Program-made: the position numbers and the translations under genes
Part shown: positions 38,779 to 49,053 of the stretch, in pieces
Position numbering within the stretch: position 1 is the stretch's first letter
Layout of the letters: every line of letters begins with the position of its first letter
NCBI GenBank assembly: GCA_947478395.1
Contig: CANJVR010000001.1
Location: 32,001 to 96,000, forward strand
Direction of reading: 5' to 3'
Length of the DNA: 64,000 nucleotides
DNA from: Opitutia bacterium
GTDB lineage: Bacteria; Verrucomicrobiota; Verrucomicrobiia; Opitutales; Opitutaceae
Notes under the pieces: model-generated
Database searches by the model: none
What the model was told of the DNA's origin: nothing
The model's input: only the letters and a program-made list of their open reading frames with translations

Positions 38779-38906
38779 GGCTCGCCCACTGAGTCGCATC
38801 GATCGGCCCACGCAACTCATCCCGCAAAAAAACCGCGCCGCGGAAGAAAATCGTCGCCGGCCTTTCGTGGATCGCTTCACGTCGCGGGCACCTGTTTTCC
38901 TTTCCC

Positions 38907-39353
38907 ATGAAACCCCTCGCCTGCCTCATCGCCTTGATCACCGCCTCCACCATGTTCTCCGCTCAAACTCCCGAGTCCGCCAAAACGCCCGATCCCATGG
39001 GCTCCGCCGTGTTTCCGTGGGAAGCACTCATGCCCAACACGCCGACCAAGACGGGCGCGCGCCGGGCGGTGTTCGACGTGCCGACGGCCACGCTCGAAAA
39101 GTTTCACCTTCACGTCTCGACGCTCAATCCCGGGGAAAACACCGGCGCCCTGCACCGTCACCCGCAGGAGGAGCTCGTGATCATCAAAGAGGGTACGCTC
39201 GAAATTAACATCGACGGCAAAAAGACAACGGCCGGCCCCGGCTCGGCAATTTTCTATTCGGCGAATGAAAACGAAAACATGACCAACGTGGGAAAAACGC
39301 CCGCGACGTACTACGTCATCCAGTTTTTCACGGCGCTGACGCCGAAGAGCTGA
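38907..39353 (+). CDS. Secreted cupin-domain protein
   Basis: Signal peptide; LNPGE…HRHPQEELVIIKEG…GPGSAIF. Confidence 0.85.
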   Translation: MKPLACLIALITASTMFSAQTPESAKTPDPMGSAVFPWEALMPNTPTKTGARRAVFDVPTATLEKFHLHVSTLNPGENTGALHRHPQEELVIIKEGTLEINIDGKKTTAGPGSAIFYSANENENMTNVGKTPATYYVIQFFTALTPKS

Positions 39354-39374
39354 GCGTTTTTTTCCGACGAGCCG

Positions 39375-39512
39375 CGGGCGGTTTAATTTTTTCCGCGGCC
39401 GTCTTGTGTAGCGGCAGGCGTCTCTGCCTGCCGGGTTCGGCGCCCTCGTTTCGGCAGGCAGGGACGCCTGCCGCTACCCGCGAGCGGCTCCGCTTTTGGT
39501 TAAACCGCGCTA
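39375..39512 (+). mobile_element. MITE-like REP-carrying element (copy D)
   Basis: GGGCGGTTTAA…TTAAACCGCGCTA; one inverted REP pair; right end overlaps the TAG stop of the adjacent minus-strand gene. Confidence 0.8.
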
Positions 39513-39797
39513 CGTCGCGAGTTTTTCGATCCGCCCAGCCAGAGCGACGTCCTTGGCCGTGACCTTCCCGCCGGCGTCGTGGGTGTTCAATCGCACCGCG
39601 ACGCGGTTGTAGACGTTGGTCCACTCGGGGTGATGATTCAACGCTTCGGCCTCAAACCCGACGTGCAGCATGAAGGCCATCGCGGCCCGAAAATCCTTGA
39701 ACGAATAGGCCTTCGCCAATGCGTCGCGTTCGAACGTCCAGCCCGGCAATCGGGCCAAGGCGCTCTTAATTTTTTTCAACGGCAGCGGTTTGCTCAT
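39510..39797 (-). CDS. phhB: Pterin-4-alpha-carbinolamine dehydratase
   Basis: FKDFRAAMAF, NHHPEWTNVYNRV, THDAGG…KDVALA. Confidence 0.93.
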   Translation of the reverse strand: MSKPLPLKKIKSALARLPGWTFERDALAKAYSFKDFRAAMAFMLHVGFEAEALNHHPEWTNVYNRVAVRLNTHDAGGKVTAKDVALAGRIEKLAT

Positions 39798-39916
39798 TCG
39801 CCACCGGTGTCAGAGCGGCTCCGCGAGGTCAAACGCGGGGCCGAAATCCCGCGCGCGATTGCCGCGAAGGCTGCTTGTCAAACCGAAGCGCGACTCCCTA
39901 ACGTTCGCTCCTCAGC

Positions 39917-40702
39917 ATGAGTCAACCGCCCGCCCGCCCTGAGCCTGTCGAACGGGCGCCAGCCAACATCCCCAAGCACGTCGCCATCATCATGGATGGC
40001 AACGGTCGCTGGGCGAAACAGCGTGGCCTACCGCGGATCGAGGGCCACCGCCGCGGCGTCGAAACCGTGCGGACGACGACGTTTGCCGCCCGCGATCTCG
40101 GCGTGAAGGTGCTCACCCTGTACGCCTTTTCCGTCGAGAATTGGAAACGGCCGCAGGACGAAGTCGGGGGCCTGATGACCCTCCTTGAGTTCTACCTGAA
40201 AAAAGAGCTGAAGACGTTCATCCGCGACCGCGTCCGCTTGCTCACGATCGGCCGGACCGAGGAACTCCCGGCGAGCGTGCAAGAATTGCTGCGCGAAACG
40301 ATCGCGGCGACCAAGGATTTTCACGACTACACGCTGGTGCTCGCGCTGAACTACGGCGCGCGCACCGAGGTGATCGACGCCGCCCAGGCCTACGCGGCCG
40401 CATTGGCCGATGGACGTGAAAAACTCAACGACCGTTCCTGGGAAACGTTCAGCCGGTATCTTTACACGGCCGAACTGCCCGAGCCCGATCTTGTGATCCG
40501 CACGTCCGGCGAATCGCGGATCAGCAATTTTCTGCTGCTGCAAGCGGCGTACGCTGAATTTGTTTTCAGCCCGGTGCTCTGGCCCGATTTCACCAAGGAC
40601 GACCTCGCGGCCGCGATCGCCGACTACGCGAAACGGGAGCGGCGGTACGGCCTCACCAGCGAACAGCTCAAACCGCCCGCCGGCGTTTCCGTCAGCGCTT
40701 AA
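39917..40702 (+). CDS. uppS: Undecaprenyl diphosphate synthase
   Basis: HVAIIMDGNGRWA, YAFSVENWKRP, DLVIRTSGESRISNFLL. Confidence 0.97.
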   Translation: MSQPPARPEPVERAPANIPKHVAIIMDGNGRWAKQRGLPRIEGHRRGVETVRTTTFAARDLGVKVLTLYAFSVENWKRPQDEVGGLMTLLEFYLKKELKTFIRDRVRLLTIGRTEELPASVQELLRETIAATKDFHDYTLVLALNYGARTEVIDAAQAYAAALADGREKLNDRSWETFSRYLYTAELPEPDLVIRTSGESRISNFLLLQAAYAEFVFSPVLWPDFTKDDLAAAIADYAKRERRYGLTSEQLKPPAGVSVSA

Positions 40703-40719
40703 GCGCACGCGCTTTCCCC

Positions 40720-41550
40720 GTGGCCAAACGCATTCTCAGCACCACCGTCCTCTGGCTGTTTATCATTGGCGTGTTGTGGTTCTTCCGGACGCCGGGCGCG
40801 CTCTTCCTCGTCGCACTAATTTCCGCCCTCACGCTGCGGGAATTTTATCGGCTCATGGCCGCCGCCGGCTGGGCGCCGTTCGCCGGACTCGGGATGTTCT
40901 TCGGCACGCTCATCACGCTATCCCCGTATATCGAAATCCGATACGGCACGCCCGCGCACCCGTTGCTGGCCCTCGCCGCGGTGGTCTTCGCCATCCGCAT
41001 CGTCGCGGAGCGCACGCCGGAAAATCGCGTCGAGGCCCTCGCGTCCACGCTCTTCGGTTTGGTTTACGTCGGCGTCTTGCTGCAATATCTCGTGCGCATC
41101 CTGACGCCGTTGCCGAGCGACACGCTCACGCCGGACGGCCGGTTGTTACTCTGCTTGTGGCTCATCGCCGTGGCGAAATTCTGCGACGTCGGCGCCCTGC
41201 TCACCGGTCTCGCCATCGGCAAACACAAGATGGCGCCGGTCATCAGTCCGAAGAAAACATGGGAGGGCGCCATCGGTGGCGTGATCACGTCGATGGGCGT
41301 CGGCGCACTCGTGGCGTGGCTGGCGCGCGATCAATTTCCCGCGCGCATGACGCCTTTGTCCGGCGCGTTGATCGCCGCGCCGATTGCGGTGATCGGGATT
41401 GTTTCCGACCTGGTCGAGTCCGTCATCAAGCGCCGGGCCGCCATCAAGGACTCCGGCCACGTCATTCCCGGCATCGGCGGCATGTTCGACTTGAGCGACA
41501 GCCTGCTCCTCACCGGGCCGGTCGCGTATTTCCTATTTGGTCTGCGCTAA
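40720..41550 (+). CDS. cdsA: Phosphatidate cytidylyltransferase
   Basis: ISPKKTWEG, DLVESVIKR…KDSG…PGIGG…D. Confidence 0.95.
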   Translation: MAKRILSTTVLWLFIIGVLWFFRTPGALFLVALISALTLREFYRLMAAAGWAPFAGLGMFFGTLITLSPYIEIRYGTPAHPLLALAAVVFAIRIVAERTPENRVEALASTLFGLVYVGVLLQYLVRILTPLPSDTLTPDGRLLLCLWLIAVAKFCDVGALLTGLAIGKHKMAPVISPKKTWEGAIGGVITSMGVGALVAWLARDQFPARMTPLSGALIAAPIAVIGIVSDLVESVIKRRAAIKDSGHVIPGIGGMFDLSDSLLLTGPVAYFLFGLR

Positions 41551-41566
41551 ATCGCGCGCTCCTTCT

Positions 41567-42772
41567 GTGTCCGTCTCCACTTTTCCTCTTCGCAAACGCG
41601 TCGTCCTCCTCGGTGCCACCGGCTCCGTCGGCCAGAACGCGCTGCGCGTCATCGCCGCCCATCCCGACCAACTCGAGTTAGTCGCCATCGCCAGCCACAG
41701 CCGGTGGGAAAAACTCGCCGCCATCGGGCGCGAGTTTGGCGTGCGCCAAATCGGGATTTTCGACGAAGCCGCCTACTCGGCCGCGACGGCGCAACCGGCC
41801 GCGTTCCTGCCGGGCACGCATCTTGTCTGCGGTGTCGCCGGGCTCGCCGAACTCGCCCAGTTGCCCGAGGCCGACATCGTGCTCGTGGGGGTGGTCGGCA
41901 CAGCGGGACTCGAACCCGCCCTCGCGGCGCTCGCAGCCGGCAAGGATCTCGCACTGGCGTCGAAGGAAATTCTCGTGCTCGCCGGCAAGTTTATCCTCGA
42001 GGCGGCGCACAGCCACGGCGCGAAGCTGCTGCCCGTCGACAGCGAGCACAACGCCGTCTTCCAATGCCTGCAGGGGCATCCGCATTCGACGGTGCGCCGG
42101 GTTACGCTGACTGCGAGCGGCGGTGCTTTTCGCGACTGGCCAGCCGAACGCCTCGCGCACGTGACCCCGGCCGATGCGCTCAAGCATCCCAACTGGTCGA
42201 TGGGGCCAAAGATCACGGTCGATTCGGCGACGCTGGCCAACAAGGGCCTGGAACTCATCGAGGCGCAGTGCCTGTTCGGACTGCGGCCCGATCAGTGTGC
42301 CGCGGTGTTGCATCCGCAAAGCATCGTGCACGCCTTGGTGGAATTCACCGACGGCGCGATGCTCGCCCAGCTCTGTCCGCCGTCGATGACGTTTCCCATT
42401 CAGCACGCCCTGCTCCATCCGGCGCGCGCACCCGGCGTAGATGCCCCGCTGGATTTCACCAAGTTGCTCTCTCTGGAATTTAGGCCGATCGACGAATCGC
42501 GTTTCCCGATGCTCCGACTGGCGCGTGAAACCATGATCGCCGGCGGCGTGGCACCGGCGATTTACAACGCCGCCAACGAAGTCGCGGTCGCCGCTTTCCT
42601 GGCGGGCCAAATCCCTTTCCTTGCGATTTCCCGCGTCGTCGAACAAAGTCTCCGCACCATTCCAAACTTCGATCCTCCTGACCTGGACTCCGTCCTCGCT
42701 CTCGATGCCGAGGCCCGACGCGTGGCCGCCGAAGAGATCGCCAGCTCTTCCCTTCACTCCCTCAAAACGTAG
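41567..42772 (+). CDS. dxr: 1-deoxy-D-xylulose 5-phosphate reductoisomerase
   Basis: LGATGSVG, LPVDSEHNA, LTASGG, HPNWSMGPKITVDSA, NAANE. Confidence 0.97.
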   Translation: MSVSTFPLRKRVVLLGATGSVGQNALRVIAAHPDQLELVAIASHSRWEKLAAIGREFGVRQIGIFDEAAYSAATAQPAAFLPGTHLVCGVAGLAELAQLPEADIVLVGVVGTAGLEPALAALAAGKDLALASKEILVLAGKFILEAAHSHGAKLLPVDSEHNAVFQCLQGHPHSTVRRVTLTASGGAFRDWPAERLAHVTPADALKHPNWSMGPKITVDSATLANKGLELIEAQCLFGLRPDQCAAVLHPQSIVHALVEFTDGAMLAQLCPPSMTFPIQHALLHPARAPGVDAPLDFTKLLSLEFRPIDESRFPMLRLARETMIAGGVAPAIYNAANEVAVAAFLAGQIPFLAISRVVEQSLRTIPNFDPPDLDSVLALDAEARRVAAEEIASSSLHSLKT

Positions 42773-42783
42773 CCGAAACTCCC

Positions 42784-44205
42784 ATGGAGCTCATCACATC
42801 CCTTTTCTCCAACGTCTGGTCCATCTTCCTCGTCGCCTTGTTTTTCGGTGGATCGATTTTTGTCCACGAGCTCGGCCATTTTATGATCGCCCGCTGGCGC
42901 GGCGTGCATGTCGAACGATTCTCCATCGGCTTCGGTCCCGCGATCTGGTCCCGCCGCGGCCGCGACGGGGTGGAGTATCGCCTCTCGTGGTTTCCGCTCG
43001 GCGGCTACGTGCTCCTGCCGCAACTGGCGGACCTCGGGTCCATCGAGGGGGCCAGCAACGCAGATGTCACCAAGCTCCAGCCCATCGGCTACGTGACCAA
43101 GGTCATGGTGTTTATCGCCGGAGCCGCATTCAACGTGATCTTCGCCTTTCTACTCGCGTGCATCCTCTCCGCAATCGGCCTGCCAGAAAGCAGCGAGTCC
43201 GCCACCACGCGCATCGGTTACATCAGCAAAACGCTCGAGCTCCCCGATGGCACCAAGATCACCAGCCCCGCTTTGCAGGCCGGCCTTCAGATCGGTGATG
43301 TCATTCGCGCAATCGACGGCCACACCGTCCGCGACTGGAGCGAGGTGCAAAATGCGTTGCTGCTCGGCGCGGGCCGGAACGACAACGGCGAGCGCCAGAC
43401 CATCTTCACGGTTGATCGCAACGGCCAGCTGATCGATCTCGCGGCCCGGCCGCGGCTCGTCGGGGTCGAAAAGGATCGCCGCGTCGGCATCGCGCCCGGC
43501 TACGAGCTGATCGTCTACAAAGTCGCGCCCCAAACGCCCGCGGATGCGGCCGGTCTCCGCAAGGACGACGAATTGCTCAAAGTCGATGGCACCCCGGTGA
43601 TCAGCCTGCCGGCGTTCAGCGAGATCATCTCCGCCGATCCCACCAAGCCCTCCGTCATAGTGGTCCGCCGGGCCGGCGCCGAAGTCACGCTCACCCTGCC
43701 AGCCCGCGGACCGGCGGCGGCACCCAACACGCTCGGCGTCGACTTTATCGTTGGCTCCCGCCTGACGCATCCCTCGCCGTTCGCCCAAGTGTATGCGCCG
43801 GTCGTGATGACGTTTCGCACGCTGTGGAGCCTGATCAATCCCCATTCCGACGTCGGTATTTCAAAACTTACCGGCCCGATCGGTATCGCGCGCATTTTTC
43901 ACACCGCCGCCGAAATCGGCCCGCGCGCGATCCTGCTCTTCACGATTCTCATCAACGTGAATCTCGCCGTCTTCAATCTCCTCCCGATCCCCGTGCTCGA
44001 CGGAGGGCAGATCCTGTTCGCAACCATCGGCAAACTTCGCGGACGTGCCCTGCCGATAAACTTCATCATGGCGGCGCAGAGCGTTTTCATGGTGCTGCTC
44101 TTTTCGATGGTGATTTACGTGAGCTTCTTCGACGTCCGCCGGCTCGTGCGCGATGTCCAGGCCGATCGCGCCGAGGCCGCGCACCCACCTGCGCCCGCCA
44201 AGTAA
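42784..44205 (+). CDS. rseP: RIP metalloprotease RseP (two PDZ domains)
   Basis: HELGH, FSIGFGP, NLLPIPVLDGG. Confidence 0.95.
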   Translation: MELITSLFSNVWSIFLVALFFGGSIFVHELGHFMIARWRGVHVERFSIGFGPAIWSRRGRDGVEYRLSWFPLGGYVLLPQLADLGSIEGASNADVTKLQPIGYVTKVMVFIAGAAFNVIFAFLLACILSAIGLPESSESATTRIGYISKTLELPDGTKITSPALQAGLQIGDVIRAIDGHTVRDWSEVQNALLLGAGRNDNGERQTIFTVDRNGQLIDLAARPRLVGVEKDRRVGIAPGYELIVYKVAPQTPADAAGLRKDDELLKVDGTPVISLPAFSEIISADPTKPSVIVVRRAGAEVTLTLPARGPAAAPNTLGVDFIVGSRLTHPSPFAQVYAPVVMTFRTLWSLINPHSDVGISKLTGPIGIARIFHTAAEIGPRAILLFTILINVNLAVFNLLPIPVLDGGQILFATIGKLRGRALPINFIMAAQSVFMVLLFSMVIYVSFFDVRRLVRDVQADRAEAAHPPAPAK

Positions 44206-44248
44206 GGAGGCCCGCCGGACGGCGTCCGCGCTCCTTCCTGATGTTTTC

Positions 44249-46270
44249 ATGAGCTACTGCGTCTCGCGCTTTCAAACCGCCCGCCGGGCCACCCACGAAG
44301 TCCTCGTCGGCTCGGTCGGCGTCGGCGGCAACCATCCCGTGCGTCTGCAGTCGATGACCACCAGCGACACGCAGGACATCGCCGCCACGGTGCGCCAGTC
44401 CATCGCGCTGGCCGAGGTCGGCTGCGAAATCGTGCGCATCACCGCGCCCAACGTCGCGGCCGCCCAGTGTCTCCGACCCATTCGTGAGCAATTCACGGCC
44501 GCCGGCTTTGGCCATATCCCGCTCGTGGCCGACATTCATTTTCTGCCGAGCGCCGCGATGGAAGCAGTGGAGCACGTCGAAAAAATCCGCGTCAACCCGG
44601 GCAACTACGCCGACAAGAAAAAATTCGCGGTGCGGGACTACACCGAAGCCGACTACGACCGGGAGCTTTCCCGCCTGCACGAGACGTTTTCGCCGTTGGT
44701 GCTGCGGGCGAAATCGCTCGGTCGTGCGCTGCGCATCGGCACCAACCATGGCTCACTCTCCGACCGGATCATGAATCGGTATGGCGACACGCCGCTCGGC
44801 ATGGTCGAGAGCGCGCTCGAATTTCTCCGTATCGCCGAAAGCCATTCGTTCAAGCAGATCATCCTTTCGATGAAGGCCTCGAATCCGAAGGTGATGATCC
44901 AGGCCTACCGCCTCCTCGTGCAACGCATGGCGCAGGAGCAGATGCACTATCCCCTCCATCTCGGCGTCACTGAGGCCGGCGACGGCGAAGACGGCCGGAT
45001 TAAGAGCGCCATCGGGATCGGCAGCCTGCTCCTCGACGGTCTCGGCGACACCATTCGCGTTTCTCTCACCGAGGACAGCGTCTACGAAGTCCCCGTCGCC
45101 CGCGCCATCGCCGACAAGGTGATGTCACGGTGGCGTGAAGCGGCGGTCGTCCCGGCCACCGATGCGATCGATCCCTATCATTTTTCCCGGCGCGCCATCG
45201 CGCCGCTGCAGATTGGAAAAGATATCACGCTCGACGCCGAACATCCGCCCACGGTCCTCACCCGCGTTTCGCTCGCTGCGCTCACGGCTCCGGGCGCGAA
45301 AATCGAGCAACCGAAAAACGCCGACACCCCGCACGAGGGCCTGCTCGTCGCAGTGACTTCGCCCGCCGACCTCGCCGCGCTGGCTTCGGCTTCGTCGCCC
45401 GCGGGGCGTTTCCTCGCGCTCGAACTTTCCCCTACGCTCAGCCCCGAAGCGCTCACTCCATTCGCCGAAACCAGCCGGACCCCCTTGGTTCTCGTGCGCG
45501 CTTTCGGCGGTGACGAATCGGCCGCACTCGCGGCGTTTGTCACACTGGCGCGACGCCATGGTCACACGCTCGCGATCGCCACGACCGCGCTCGATCTCGC
45601 CACGCTGGCGCCGACCCTGCGCGCCCTCGGAGAAGCCAATCTCATTTTCACCCTCCACTCGCCCGTCCCGTCAACGTCGTCCGATTCGGGGCACAGCATC
45701 GGAGCGTATCGCGCGCTCGTCGCCGCTCTGTCGACGGCCGGCTCGCGGGCGCCGCTCTGGATCCGCAATACATCGGAGACCGCGGTGCGCGGCGAAAATA
45801 CTTTTCTCTCCCGTCTTCTCGAGGCCTCGTTCCTCACCGGTTCGCTGCTGTGCGACGGGCTGGGCGATCTCGTCAGCATCGAGACCGAGCCCGACGCGGT
45901 GCGGTCGACGACCCTCGTCTACAATGTGCTCCAAGGCGCCGGGGCGCGCTCGTCCAAAACCGAGTTCGTCGCATGTCCAAGTTGTGGACGCACACTCTTC
46001 GATCTGCAGAGCACGACGCAGCGGATCCGCGCGCAGACCGGCCATCTGAAAGGCGTAAAGATCGCGATCATGGGTTGCATTGTGAACGGCCCGGGCGAAA
46101 TGGCCGACGCGGATTTCGGCTATGTCGGCGGTGCGCCGGGGAAGATCAATCTCTACGTCGGAAAGTCCTGCGTGCAGTACAACCTGCCACAGGCCGAGGC
46201 GGACGGACGTTTGATCGCCCTGATCAAGGCCCACGGCCGATGGGTGGAACCGGCGCTACCGGTCACCTAG
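44249..46270 (+). CDS. ispG: HMBPP synthase IspG, long form with central insert domain
   Basis: QSMTT, LVADIHF, RVNPGN, GTNHGSL, LHLGVTEAG, CPSCGR, MGCIVNGPGE. Confidence 0.96.
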   Translation: MSYCVSRFQTARRATHEVLVGSVGVGGNHPVRLQSMTTSDTQDIAATVRQSIALAEVGCEIVRITAPNVAAAQCLRPIREQFTAAGFGHIPLVADIHFLPSAAMEAVEHVEKIRVNPGNYADKKKFAVRDYTEADYDRELSRLHETFSPLVLRAKSLGRALRIGTNHGSLSDRIMNRYGDTPLGMVESALEFLRIAESHSFKQIILSMKASNPKVMIQAYRLLVQRMAQEQMHYPLHLGVTEAGDGEDGRIKSAIGIGSLLLDGLGDTIRVSLTEDSVYEVPVARAIADKVMSRWREAAVVPATDAIDPYHFSRRAIAPLQIGKDITLDAEHPPTVLTRVSLAALTAPGAKIEQPKNADTPHEGLLVAVTSPADLAALASASSPAGRFLALELSPTLSPEALTPFAETSRTPLVLVRAFGGDESAALAAFVTLARRHGHTLAIATTALDLATLAPTLRALGEANLIFTLHSPVPSTSSDSGHSIGAYRALVAALSTAGSRAPLWIRNTSETAVRGENTFLSRLLEASFLTGSLLCDGLGDLVSIETEPDAVRSTTLVYNVLQGAGARSSKTEFVACPSCGRTLFDLQSTTQRIRAQTGHLKGVKIAIMGCIVNGPGEMADADFGYVGGAPGKINLYVGKSCVQYNLPQAEADGRLIALIKAHGRWVEPALPVT

Positions 46271-46367
46271 CGCAGTCGAGCGAAAGGCGTAACCACTCAC
46301 GTTGTCGCGGCGGGCGTCCCTGCCTGCCGCGACGCAAAACGGATCCAGAGAAATTTAAATCGCTTGA
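46267..46367 (-). mobile_element. Degenerate, internally deleted MITE-like element (copy H)
   Basis: Starts at CTAG (ispG stop), contains GGCGTCCCTGCCTGCC, ends TTAAATCGCTTGA. Confidence 0.55.
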
Positions 46368-46892
46368 GCGCGACGATTCATCGCTCCGCGGCGGTGCCGA
46401 CTACGAAGAATTTCGCGCGGGGCGTATCGCCGATTCCACTCACTGCCACTTTTCCGTAACGCCGCTGTAACCTTGCCTGCGGCTTGCCAAGCCACTTCCC
46501 GCGCGACGTAAGTCCACACGTTATACGTTCGCGACCGCGTTTTTTTCCGCGCCTGAATTTGGCCCGCGCTGGCAACGAAAAAAGCGAAAAAGTTATGCCC
46601 ATATTCGATGTGAGTAACTTGGTGAAAACTTCGCCTTGTCATGCATTTTGGCTTCGCAGTTATTGCGCCCTTCGTTCGTTGTTTCGATCCGCTCCCTGGT
46701 TCTTTCTCACTTCGTTTTTAGCTCAACTTTAAAGCCGCATCCAGTAGCTCAAGCTACATTCTGTTCATCAACATTTTACATTCGCCGCACCTACCCCTCC
46801 ATGCCGATGACCAGACATTTCCATTTTGTTTCGTCGGTGACTTCAAGTTTCAGCCCAGAACGCAGGCGAGAAAATGCCCATGGACGGCCCGC

Positions 46893-46901
46893 TGTGAATA
46901 A
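46893..46901 (-). promoter_or_regulatory. DnaA box
   Basis: TGTGAATAA = TTATTCACA on the minus strand, matches TTWTNCACA, 22 bp upstream of dnaA. Confidence 0.65.
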
Positions 46902-46923
46902 ACCTGTCCCTGTCGCCCGCTAA

Positions 46924-48306
46924 ATGCCCACCACCTCCCTGCCTCCCAGTCTCTGGGAAACGGTGAAATGCGATCTAAAGTCGCTCTTTCCCGAAGAAGT
47001 TTTCCACATGTGGTTCGAGCCCGTGGTGTGCCTCGAAGCCACCGAAGACACGCTTACGCTCGGAGTCCCCAACGAATTCGCCTCGATCTGGATACACGAC
47101 AATTACCTCGACCTGATCACCCAGCGCCTGCGGCTTAGCGCCGGGCGCCTCGTGAACGTGAAGCTGCGCACCGCGGACACCGCGCATTCGACCGCCTCGA
47201 CCCGCGCCGACGCCCCAACCCGCCATTCACGTTCCACCGCCCCGGCCCGACGGGCCCCACGCTACGACGAACGCGGACCCGCTTCAGGCACGCTCAATCC
47301 CCGCAATACGTTCGAGAACTTTATCGTCGGGTCCAACAATCAGATGGCGCACGCAGCCGCCCTGGCTGTCGCCCAAGCGCCCGCGCAGGCCTACAATCCG
47401 CTCTTCCTTTACGGCGATACCGGCCTCGGCAAAACCCACCTGATGCACGCCATCGGGCATGCGATTCTGCGGAATAATCCCGAATCGCGCGTCGCCTACC
47501 TCTCGACCGAGAAATTCACCAACGAATTCATCCAGGCGCTCCAGGAGAACGGCCTCACCAAATTCCGCCAGCGCTACCGTAACGCCGACGTGCTGCTCCT
47601 CGACGACGTCCAGTTCCTCGCCAACAAAGAACGCATCCAGGAAGAATTTTTCCACACGTTCAACGATCTCTTCGAGTCCGGGAAACAAATCATTCTTTCC
47701 AGCGACCGCCGCGCTTCCGAAATCCAGAAACTCGAATCGCGCCTCGTTTCGCGTTTCGAATGGGGTCTACCCGCCGACATCCAGGCGCCTGATTTCGAAA
47801 CCCGCGTCGCCATCCTTCGCACCAAGGCCGCCACGCACAAATGCGATCTGCCGCCGGCGATCATCAATTTTATCGCGCAGCACGTGACCAAAAACATCCG
47901 CCGGCTCGAGGGCGCGTTGATCAAGGTCGCCAGTTATTCGGCCCTCACCAGCAAGCCCCTCGACCTCGTGACGGCCGAGCGTCTTTTGCACGACTTGTTG
48001 ATGGAGCAGGCCCAGACCGTTCTCACCATCGAGACCATCCAGAAACGCGTGGCCGATCATTTTCAGATCCGGCACAGCGACATGACGAGCAAGCGCCGGC
48101 CCAACAACATCGCGATTCCCCGGCAGATCGCGATGTACATCGCACGCACGCTCACGAAGCACTCCCTCCAGGAAATCGGCGACCTCTTTGGCGGCCGCGA
48201 TCACGGCACCGTCATCCACGCCTGCAAGGCCGTGGACAACATGATGGAGCAGGACGCCGCCACCCGGAGCAGCGTGGAATTCCTGAAGACGCAACTCTCG
48301 CGCTGA
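46924..48306 (+). CDS. dnaA: Chromosomal replication initiator DnaA
   Basis: YNPLFLYGDTGLGKTHL, LLLDDVQF, QEEFFHTFN, RLVSRFEWG, GGRDHGTVIHA. Confidence 0.98.
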   Translation: MPTTSLPPSLWETVKCDLKSLFPEEVFHMWFEPVVCLEATEDTLTLGVPNEFASIWIHDNYLDLITQRLRLSAGRLVNVKLRTADTAHSTASTRADAPTRHSRSTAPARRAPRYDERGPASGTLNPRNTFENFIVGSNNQMAHAAALAVAQAPAQAYNPLFLYGDTGLGKTHLMHAIGHAILRNNPESRVAYLSTEKFTNEFIQALQENGLTKFRQRYRNADVLLLDDVQFLANKERIQEEFFHTFNDLFESGKQIILSSDRRASEIQKLESRLVSRFEWGLPADIQAPDFETRVAILRTKAATHKCDLPPAIINFIAQHVTKNIRRLEGALIKVASYSALTSKPLDLVTAERLLHDLLMEQAQTVLTIETIQKRVADHFQIRHSDMTSKRRPNNIAIPRQIAMYIARTLTKHSLQEIGDLFGGRDHGTVIHACKAVDNMMEQDAATRSSVEFLKTQLSR

Positions 48307-48459
48307 TTCGGGCGCCGCGACCTCGGTCCGGAATTTAGGGGAAGGGCCCACATCGACCAGCGCTCCGCACCGGTGCCAGGGCCGAGTAGCGTGCACGCTC
48401 AGCTTGCGTCATTCGCATTTCTTCACGTCATTCTCGGACAAACCTCTTTCATTTCATTC

Positions 48460-49053
48460 ATGGCCCTCACTGCTGAACAAAAGTCCGTCGTCACCACCTG
48501 GATCGCCGCGGGCGATAATCTTTCGACCGTTCAGAAAAAACTCCGTGATGAGTTCAAGGTCTCCATGACCTACATGGACGTCCGTTTCCTCGTCGACGAC
48601 CTCAACCTGACACTGAAGGACCCGTTGCCCAAAGCGGATACGCGTGACGTCTCGAAAACACCCGCGCCGAAGCAACCCGGCACGGCGCCCGCGCCTCTCG
48701 CGCCAGACGCGGCCCCATCCGGAGCCGCTCACTCCGACCGCGGCGGCGAAAATCTGGATGCGCTCCCGACCGAGCTTGATTCGAACGCCGAACCTGCCGT
48801 GGAAGGCGAGGCCCTCCCTCCCGCCGGACCCAATTTGGTGGTCGTGACGGTGGATAAAGTTACCCTCATTCCGGGCGCACTCGCTGGCGGCAGCGTAACC
48901 TTTAGCGATGGCGTGACCGGCAAATGGGTCATCGACCAGCAATACCGCCCCGGCTTCACCGAAATCAGCCAGCCCGGTTACCGCCCGTCGCCGACCGACG
49001 CCCAAGCTTTCATGCAGGAGCTAAGTCGTCTGCTTCAGTCGCGCGGATTCTGA
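48460..49053 (+). CDS. Hypothetical protein (two domains, Pro/Ala-rich linker)
   Basis: Coding-like composition; MTYMDVRFLVDDL and GSVTFSDG blocks. Confidence 0.7.
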   Translation: MALTAEQKSVVTTWIAAGDNLSTVQKKLRDEFKVSMTYMDVRFLVDDLNLTLKDPLPKADTRDVSKTPAPKQPGTAPAPLAPDAAPSGAAHSDRGGENLDALPTELDSNAEPAVEGEALPPAGPNLVVVTVDKVTLIPGALAGGSVTFSDGVTGKWVIDQQYRPGFTEISQPGYRPSPTDAQAFMQELSRLLQSRGF

